From: Corallococcus sp. EGB
Lineage (GTDB): Bacteria; Myxococcota; Myxococcia; Myxococcales; Myxococcaceae
Length of the DNA stretch: 64,000 nucleotides
Assembly: GCF_019968905.1 (NCBI RefSeq)
Contig: NZ_CP079946.1
Span: 5,921,356-5,985,355, forward strand
Direction of reading: 5' to 3'
Below the pieces are notes generated by a model. That model searched no databases. It saw nothing but the letters and a program-made list of their open reading frames with translations, and was not told the origin of the DNA. Made by a program: the position numbers and the translations under genes. This document shows positions 57,570 to 64,000 of this stretch, piece after piece. Numbering within the stretch: position 1 is the first letter of the stretch; the number at the start of each line of letters is the position of its first letter.

Positions 57570-59081
57570 TCAGGGCACCGTCAGCGCGCGCAGCATGCGC
57601 CCGCCACCGGGGCCAGCCACGCGCAACAGCATCGTGCTGCCCTTGGGCGCGGAGCGGATGGCCGCGGCCAGATCCTTGGCGCTCGCGATGGGCTTCTTGT
57701 TCGCCTCCACCACCAGCATGCCCGGCAGCAGCTGCGCGCGGTCCGCGGGCGAGCCCGGGACGATGTCGGTGATCAGCGCGCCGGAGCGCTCGTTGAAGCC
57801 CGCCTGGGACGCCGTGCGGGCATCCAGGTCCTGCAGGGACAGGCCCACGCGGCGCGAGCCGTCCTGCTCGTCGGTGACCTCCGGCTTCTTCTTGGACAGG
57901 CCCTCCAGGTCCGGGCGCGTGCCCATGGTCACCTTGACGTCCTGCTTCTTGCCGTCGCGGTAGAGGGTCAGCGTGGAGACGGAGTTGGGCTTCTTGAGCG
58001 CCACGGTGCGGGTGAGCTCGCTGTCGGAGCGCACGGTCTTGCCGTCCACGGCCACCACCACGTCGTCCGGCTTGAGGCCGGCCTTGGACGCGGGGGAGTC
58101 AGGGGTGATCTGCGTGAGGATGGCGCCCTCGCTCACCGGCACCTTCAGCGCCTGGCTCAGCTCGCGCGTCAACGGCTGGATGCCCACGCCCAGCCAGCCG
58201 CGCGTGACGGAGCCCTCCTTCTCCAGCTGCGGCAGCAGCGCCTTGATGAGGTTGCTGGGCACGGAGAAGCCGATGCCCGTGCCGCCGCCGACGATGGCGG
58301 TGTTGATGCCCACCACCTCGCCCTTCATGTTGAAGAGCGGGCCGCCGGAGTTGCCGGGGTTGATGGCCGCGTCCGTCTGCAGGAAGTCGTCGTACACGCT
58401 GGCGCCGATTTCACGGGCGCGCGCGGAGAGGATGCCCACGCTCACGCTGGAGGCCAGGCCGAACGGGTTGCCGATGGCCAACACCCAGTCACCCACGCGC
58501 ACGGCGTCGGAGTCGCCCAGCTTCACCGTGGGGAGCTGATCCACCTTCTCCTTGATCTTCACCACGGCCACGTCGGTGAGCGGGTCACGCCCCACCACCT
58601 CGCCCGTGAACGAGCGCCCGTCGTCCAGGCGGATGGTGATGGTGACCGCGTCCTCGACGACGTGGTTGTTGGTCAGCACGACGCCCTTGGGGTCGATGAT
58701 GAAGCCCGACCCGGCGCCCTGGCGGATCTGCTCACGCTCGCTGCGGCCGCGGCTGCGGCCCCCGCCCTTGCCGCCGAAGAAGCGGTCGAAGAGCGGGTTG
58801 TCCTCCATGCCCTCCGGCACCTCCGGCTTCGCCTGCACGTCCACGTTCACCACGGCGGACTTCACCGAATCCACCAGCGGCGCCAGCGAGGCGAGCGATT
58901 GCGCCTCGCTCGTGGCGGGCTGGAGGTTGCTGGCCTGACCGGAGACCGCCCGCTGCGTCTGGGGCGCCGGCGGCGCCGCGGGTTTGGCTGCAGGGGCCTG
59001 CGCGAGGGCGAGCGTGGGCGACGCCAACACCAGCACGGCGGCCACGAGCTTGCGACGGAACGGAGGGAGCGTGTGGGTCAT
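57570..59081 (-). CDS. htrA: periplasmic serine endoprotease DegP/HtrA family (trypsin domain plus two PDZ domains)
   Basis: Signal peptide. ...GSGFIIDPKGVVLTNNHVV...DVAVVKI...GNSGGPLF is the catalytic triad context. Two PDZ-like regions follow. Confidence 0.9.
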   Translation of the reverse strand: MTHTLPPFRRKLVAAVLVLASPTLALAQAPAAKPAAPPAPQTQRAVSGQASNLQPATSEAQSLASLAPLVDSVKSAVVNVDVQAKPEVPEGMEDNPLFDRFFGGKGGGRSRGRSEREQIRQGAGSGFIIDPKGVVLTNNHVVEDAVTITIRLDDGRSFTGEVVGRDPLTDVAVVKIKEKVDQLPTVKLGDSDAVRVGDWVLAIGNPFGLASSVSVGILSARAREIGASVYDDFLQTDAAINPGNSGGPLFNMKGEVVGINTAIVGGGTGIGFSVPSNLIKALLPQLEKEGSVTRGWLGVGIQPLTRELSQALKVPVSEGAILTQITPDSPASKAGLKPDDVVVAVDGKTVRSDSELTRTVALKKPNSVSTLTLYRDGKKQDVKVTMGTRPDLEGLSKKKPEVTDEQDGSRRVGLSLQDLDARTASQAGFNERSGALITDIVPGSPADRAQLLPGMLVVEANKKPIASAKDLAAAIRSAPKGSTMLLRVAGPGGGRMLRALTVP

Positions 59082-59184
59082 GGATTTCCTTCAAGCTAAA
59101 GCGGAAACGAAGCCCCGCAACCGGAACGACCTCATCCGGTGACAGGAGGTGAACCCCCGGGCCGGCCGCCTGTTCCCGGACCGC

Positions 59185-60774
59185 TCAACCGGGCCGGTAG
59201 ACGCGGTAGTCCAGCTCGGGGAACAGGTTGTCTCGGGCCTCCGCGTGGGACAGCCAGGACTCGTCAACGGTGCCGGCGCGCACCTGTTCATGCAGGCGCA
59301 GGAAGCGTTCCAGGTGCTCCTTCGTGCGGCGCACGGCGTAGTCCACCATGGTGCCGGTCTTCATGATGAAGGCCCAGTCGGAGGACTGCGCGAGCAGCAG
59401 CTCCCGCGCGGCCTGGTTCAGGGCCCGGCGCGTGCGCGACGGCGCGTCCGGGAAGTCCCGGGCCAGCTCCACCATCTGCCGCGCGGCGTGGCTGAGGTGG
59501 CGGTAGACCCAGTCGTTCGTCCCGTCGAGCCACATGTTCGCGTACCCGCCCGCGCCCCAGGAAGACATGGGCGGCGTGGCCACCTGGTTCTCCGGGTGCT
59601 CGCGCAGGTCATCCAGCGGGCTGATCAGCTGGAGTCGGCTGGGGTTGCGCGCGGCCTGGCGGATGAGCGCGTCGATGAAGTGGGGGCCCTCGAACCACCA
59701 GTGGCCGAAGAGCTCGGCGTCGTAGGGCGCGACGACCACGGGCTTGCGGCCGCCCATGCGCGAGGCGAGGTATTCGAACTGGCGCTCGCGGTTGAAGAGG
59801 AAGTTGCCCGCATGGGCCCACGCGCGCTCGCGGGCGGCTGCGGGGTCGTAGGGCTGCTTGTCGTTCGTCTTGCCGGTGATGCGGAAGTACTTGAAGCCGG
59901 TGTTCTTGCGGTCGCCGGTGGGCTGGATGAACGGGCGGATGTAGTCCAGGTCCAGGTCCCAGCCGATGTCCCGGTAGAACTCGCGGTAGACGGGGTCGCC
60001 GGGGTAGCCGTGCTCGGTGCTCCAGACCTGCTGGCTGCTCTCCGGGTCGCGTGCGAACGCGGCCACGCCGGGCTCCGTGAAGATGGGCGCGTAGGGGCCG
60101 TGCAGCGGGCGGGGCGTGGCGTCGGTGAGCGCGTGCGTGTCGACGAAGAAGTAGCGGATGCGCTCGGCGGAGAGGATGCGCTCCAGGCCCGGGTAGTAGC
60201 CGCACTCGGCCAGCCAGATGCCGGCGGGGTCGCGGCCGAAGTTCTGGCGGTAGTGGTTCGCCGCGACCGTCACCTGGGCGCGCACGGCCTCCGGCGTCTG
60301 CTGCATGAGCGGCAGGAAGCCGTGGGTCGCGTTGCAGGTGAGGATGTCCAGGTGGCCCGAGTCCTGGAGCCTGCGGAACGCGGCCACCAGGTCGCGCCGG
60401 TAGTGGTTGTGGTACGCGAGGCGCAGCGATTCGAAGTGGTCGCGGTGGAAGACGGCCAGCGGGTGGAAGGTCGGGTCCGCCCGGGTGCGGTGCACCTCGC
60501 GGGCCCCCAGCTCGCAGAGCAGGTCCAGGCGCCGGGCGTAGCGCTCGCGCAGCAGGTCATCGTTGAGCATCGACACGAGCGTGGGCGAGAGCGTCATCGT
60601 CACCCGGAAGGGGACGCGGTCCTCGACCAGCCTGTCGAACACGCGCAGCAGCGGCAGGTACGTCTCGGAGATGGCCTCGTAGAGCCAGTCCTCCTCGAGG
60701 AAGTCTTCGTATTCAGGGTGGCGGACGAACGGCAGGTGCGCGTGAAGGACCAGCGCGAGGGAGCCCAGGCTCAT
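59185..60774 (-). CDS. glycoside hydrolase family 57 protein (1,4-alpha-glucan branching-enzyme-like, DUF1957 C-terminal part)
   Basis: LGSLALVLHAHLPFVRHPEYEDFLEEDWLYEAISETYLPLL is the GH57 N-terminal signature. ...ELFGHWWFEGP... is the catalytic-region motif. Confidence 0.85.
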   Translation of the reverse strand: MSLGSLALVLHAHLPFVRHPEYEDFLEEDWLYEAISETYLPLLRVFDRLVEDRVPFRVTMTLSPTLVSMLNDDLLRERYARRLDLLCELGAREVHRTRADPTFHPLAVFHRDHFESLRLAYHNHYRRDLVAAFRRLQDSGHLDILTCNATHGFLPLMQQTPEAVRAQVTVAANHYRQNFGRDPAGIWLAECGYYPGLERILSAERIRYFFVDTHALTDATPRPLHGPYAPIFTEPGVAAFARDPESSQQVWSTEHGYPGDPVYREFYRDIGWDLDLDYIRPFIQPTGDRKNTGFKYFRITGKTNDKQPYDPAAARERAWAHAGNFLFNRERQFEYLASRMGGRKPVVVAPYDAELFGHWWFEGPHFIDALIRQAARNPSRLQLISPLDDLREHPENQVATPPMSSWGAGGYANMWLDGTNDWVYRHLSHAARQMVELARDFPDAPSRTRRALNQAARELLLAQSSDWAFIMKTGTMVDYAVRRTKEHLERFLRLHEQVRAGTVDESWLSHAEARDNLFPELDYRVYRPG

Positions 60775-60800
60775 AGGTCGGTTCAAGAGGCCGTGCGGGT

Positions 60801-63284
60801 TCACTTCCGTCCACGGCGCGAAGACCGGGACTTGGAGGAGGACTTGGAGCCCGGGGACTTGGGCTCGGCGGGTTTCGGGGGCGCCTTCGGAGCGTCCGCC
60901 TTGGACACGGCGGGGCTCGAAGTGGCCTGGGCTTCAGCCTGAAGAGGAGGAGCCGCCGGAGGCTCGACCTTCGCGGGCGCGGTGGCGGGTGCGGACTTTC
61001 CTGCCACCTCGGCGGCCTCGCGGGCCTTGTCGAGGGCACGCTGTTCGGACGCGGTGGGACCGCGCGCCACGCTCATGGCCCACGGGTTCTGGGGAGGCTC
61101 GGGCTCCGCAGGCCGCCACGAGTCAGGGGAAACGGCGTGAGCCGGTGGACGGTCGGCCGGACGCGAAGGCGGCAGGTCCCGCGCTTCGAGCACATCCCCT
61201 CGCGGCGGGGCTCCAGGCGCCTGCGGGCGCAGGGCCTCCGGGGACCCGGCGTCGAAAGGCGCGGACGAGCCACCGAGGCGCGGCTGATCCGAACCACTCA
61301 GCGCGCGCTCCACGGACAGGTATCGTTGATCCGAAGCGCCCGCCGCACGCTCCACGGACAGGTACCGCTGGTCCGAAGCCCCAGACGCACGTTCCACAGC
61401 CCAATAGCGCTGCTCAGAAGCGCCAGCCGCACGCTCCACGGACAGGTAGCGCTGGTCCGAAGCTCCCGCCGCGCGAGGCACGCTCAAGTACCGCTGGTCC
61501 GAAGCGCCCGCGGTCCGGGACACCGTCAGATACTGACGGTCCGAGGCCCCCGGCCCCCCTGGCGCCCCCTGCCCTCCCGCGCCCGCCCCGTAACGTTGAT
61601 CCGAAGCGCCCGGTGCACGCGGCACCTCTAGATAGCGATACTCCGAGACACCGCCCGGAAGCAGCGTCTGCCCGTAGCGCTGTTCCGAAGCCCCCGGCGC
61701 GCGCGGCACCTCCAGGTACGGGGAACCCGCCACGGGCCCACTCTGCCCGTAGCGCTGATCCGAAGCCCCCGGCGCACGCTCCACCGACAGGTAGCGCGCT
61801 TCCGACGAACTCGTCGCACGCGACGGAGCCAGCACCGCGCCCTCGCCCAACGTCGCCTCGCCCACGCGCGCATGGCGCTGATCCGAAGCGCCCGGCGCAC
61901 GCGGCGCACTCTCGAAGTAGACCTCTTCCGCGTAACGGAGGTCCGAAGCGCCCGGCATCCTCGGCGCACTCTCGAAATAGGCCTCCTCATAGGCCTCTTC
62001 CGCATAGCGCTGATCCGAAGCGCCCGGCGCGCGCGGCTCGCTCCGCAGGTACGCCTCCTCCGCGTAGCGCAGGTCCGAAGCCCCCGGGACTCGCGGCGCA
62101 TCGGGATAGGTCTCGGTGCGTTCGCGGTGGACCTCCGGCACGTCCACCACTCCGGCGCTCCCCGGCAACTGCACCCGGCGCCAGGTGACGTACTCGCGCT
62201 CCTCCACCTGGGGAACGCGCGCGGTCGCCGACGCGGAAGCCGCTGCCGCGCGCAGCCGGTCCACGACCGGCGGAGGCGGCATGCGCAGGAACCGGATGGA
62301 CGTGTCCGCCGACGGTCCCGCGGGCGGCAACGTGGCCCGGTTGGACGAATGTCCAATGCGGCGCGACCGGCCATCCGCGCCGACGAAGTACGCCTCCACC
62401 CGGTACGTGCGCCCGGGCTCCATGCCTTGCAGGTAGTAGCTGCGCGACTCCAACGCGAAGTCCACTTCGCGCGACACGCCCTCGCCGTCGAACACCTTCA
62501 GCACCGCGCGCGGCGACGGAAGGTCGTCCAACGCCCGGCTCCGGCTCGCGTCGCTGAAGTCCCAGAAGACGAAGAGCGTGTGCGGGTCCCTCGCGAGCAG
62601 CACCAGCGCGTCGTCCTGGTAGTCCAGGGGCAGCATGCCCAGGTGCTCGTTCCGCTCGGGCGATGCGTCCGCCGGAGGAAGGCGCGGTGACTGCTCCTCC
62701 AGAAGATGGTGGCGGCGCGCCTCGTTCTCTCCCGCCATCTTCGTCACGAAGAACCCCTCCACCAGGGGCTCGGCGGCATGCGGCGGCTCGGGCGTGGCGG
62801 GTGGCTCATCGCCCTCGGGCGAGCTCGACGGGCGCGGCGTCCGCGCTAGCGACACCGTGTCCTCATCCTCTGGCTCCGGCTCGCGGCGTGACCTCTCGCG
62901 CGGGGGGAACGTCACCACCTGCGCGGGCCGCGTCTTGGGGCCCCCCGGCTCCGTGATGGGCTCCTCGGAAAGTTCTCGTGCCTGCGGCGCGGCGGTGCTC
63001 TCACGCGGAGGCAAGGGTACGGATTCGGACGCAGGGCCCGGGGCGGGGCGGGACTCCGCCCGGCCGGAGTCCAGCTTCCGCTCCTCGCCGCCCACGCCAC
63101 CAGAGCCGCGCCGGGACGTCGCCAGCCCGGCCATGCGCGCGAGCCGCCCCAGGGCGGGAATGCGCTCGGCAAGGGAGGAGACCAACTCCCGTCCGCGGGA
63201 CGCGCCAGCTCCTTCCCGGAGATATTTCCGGGCCAGCTGCCGCAGGTAGCTCACGGTGACGCCCTTCCGCTCATCCATGGACAC
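60801..63284 (-). CDS. DUF4912-domain protein with about 15 tandem degenerate 14-15-aa repeats (RAPGASDQRYLSVE-like) and a Lys/Ser/Pro-rich basic C-terminus
   Basis: LVLLARDPHTLFVFWDFS...YYLQGMEPGRTYRVEAYFVGADGRSRRIG is the DUF4912-like core. The repeats run between about aa 395 and 640. The C-terminus is ...KAPPKPAEPKSPGSKSSSKSRSSRRGRK. Confidence 0.7.
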   Translation of the reverse strand: MSMDERKGVTVSYLRQLARKYLREGAGASRGRELVSSLAERIPALGRLARMAGLATSRRGSGGVGGEERKLDSGRAESRPAPGPASESVPLPPRESTAAPQARELSEEPITEPGGPKTRPAQVVTFPPRERSRREPEPEDEDTVSLARTPRPSSSPEGDEPPATPEPPHAAEPLVEGFFVTKMAGENEARRHHLLEEQSPRLPPADASPERNEHLGMLPLDYQDDALVLLARDPHTLFVFWDFSDASRSRALDDLPSPRAVLKVFDGEGVSREVDFALESRSYYLQGMEPGRTYRVEAYFVGADGRSRRIGHSSNRATLPPAGPSADTSIRFLRMPPPPVVDRLRAAAASASATARVPQVEEREYVTWRRVQLPGSAGVVDVPEVHRERTETYPDAPRVPGASDLRYAEEAYLRSEPRAPGASDQRYAEEAYEEAYFESAPRMPGASDLRYAEEVYFESAPRAPGASDQRHARVGEATLGEGAVLAPSRATSSSEARYLSVERAPGASDQRYGQSGPVAGSPYLEVPRAPGASEQRYGQTLLPGGVSEYRYLEVPRAPGASDQRYGAGAGGQGAPGGPGASDRQYLTVSRTAGASDQRYLSVPRAAGASDQRYLSVERAAGASEQRYWAVERASGASDQRYLSVERAAGASDQRYLSVERALSGSDQPRLGGSSAPFDAGSPEALRPQAPGAPPRGDVLEARDLPPSRPADRPPAHAVSPDSWRPAEPEPPQNPWAMSVARGPTASEQRALDKAREAAEVAGKSAPATAPAKVEPPAAPPLQAEAQATSSPAVSKADAPKAPPKPAEPKSPGSKSSSKSRSSRRGRK
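61360..62110 (-). repeat. tandem array of about 42-45-nt degenerate repeats encoding the (A/V)PGASDQRY(L/A)xVE motif
   Basis: Recurrent ctgatccgaagc(g/c)cccggcgcacg... units are visible on the plus strand throughout 61300-62100. Confidence 0.75.
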
Positions 63285-63415
63285 CTCGCCTCGTTATGAC
63301 GCGGCATACAGGGGGTCAACGCATCCGTCACGGGATGTGTTGTTCCGCCGACCCCCTTCTTCTCCGTCAGGCCCGATGACACCTCACGCCTGTCCAAGTA
63401 TCCTGCGACCGCTTG

Positions 63416-64000
63416 AGTGACCTGCCCAGACTTCTCCTGTGCAGCTTCGATGTCATCCCCGGCCCGTCTGGCTCCTCACGCCGACTGACCGAGTATCTGA
63501 AGGCATTGCCTGATCGCTTCTCCGTGGTGGTGCTGTCGGCGAAGACGCCCGACCACTCCCATATCGAGAAGTACCAGGGCGCCCGGCTGCTCCGCGTCCC
63601 GGTAGGCTCCGGGGACCTGGCCTCGCGCATCCAATCCTTCGAACGGGCCGTGCGCCGGCAGTTGGAGAGCGAGGACTACGCGCTCGCCCACTTCACGGAC
63701 CCCTTCGGCGGCTACGCGCTCTGCGAGCTGAAGGCGGACTACGGCTACCGCCTCATCTACGAGGCGCAGACATTCCCTTCACAGGAGCTGCGCTACACCC
63801 ATCCGCAGACGGACGGGGACCGCCGCTTCCTGTCGAAGGTCCGCCGCCAGGAGCTGTTCTGCCTGATGAACGCGGACCTCGTCGTCACCGGCTCACAGAC
63901 GACGCGCGCGTTCATCCAGGGGCTGGGCGCGGCCGAGGACCAGCTGCGCACGATTCGCGCGCCCGTGGACCTGAAGCCCTACGATCCGGAGGTGCTCGGC
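63416..64000 (+). CDS. glycosyltransferase family 4 (N-terminal domain), truncated by the window end
   Basis: GTG at 63416 directly after an in-frame TGA. (M)DLPRLLLCSFDVIPGPSGSSRRLTEYLKALPDRFSVVVLSAKTPDHSHIEKYQGARLLRVPVG... is the GT4 N-terminal Rossmann half. It runs to the window edge. Confidence 0.65.

Noticed and set aside
59149-60942. 597-aa plus-strand ORF antisense to the GH57 gene
   Set aside because: Antisense artefact. The minus strand has the GH57 HAHLPF signature

Overview
This is a high-GC (about 68-70% by eye) chromosomal segment that looks myxobacterial (Myxococcaceae-like). The origin is supported by a MYXO-CTERM sorting signal on a large secreted protease, codon usage, and many lipoproteins. 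Genes are densely packed, mostly on the minus strand in the second half. I can support about 53 protein-coding genes, most of them housekeeping. They include folD, djlA-like, adenosine deaminase, pyrD, coaE, engB, argD, hslVU, xerC, trmFO, topA, dprA, htrA/degP, and an ExbB-ExbD-ExbD motor triad. Interspersed accessory-looking pieces stand out. One is a tandem pair of small Cys-rich lipoproteins next to an orphan SUKH/SMI1-KNR4 immunity-type gene. Another is a DUF1592-family/DUF1552 two-gene cassette sitting between pyrD and a degraded copy of the pyrD 3' end. A third is a tetraheme cytochrome c co-oriented with engB, an unknown 553-aa protein and O-antigen-ligase/GT4 genes. A fourth is a 1706-aa M36-like metalloprotease with a PA domain, five PKD-like repeats and MYXO-CTERM. 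A fifth is an Hsp70 flanked by a J-domain/TPR protein and a TPR protein that share a small domain. The remaining ones are a divergent pair of a 757-aa membrane protein and a HEAT-repeat protein, a GGDEF sensor with a periplasmic CxxCH heme motif, and a GH57 / DUF4912 15-mer-repeat / GT4 alpha-glucan-type cluster at the 3' end. I did not recognise any rRNA, tRNA or CRISPR arrays. Many long antisense ORFs in the track are GC artefacts. All coordinates include stop codons, as in the supplied ORF track. Start codons are my best choice from RBS and context and some are uncertain.
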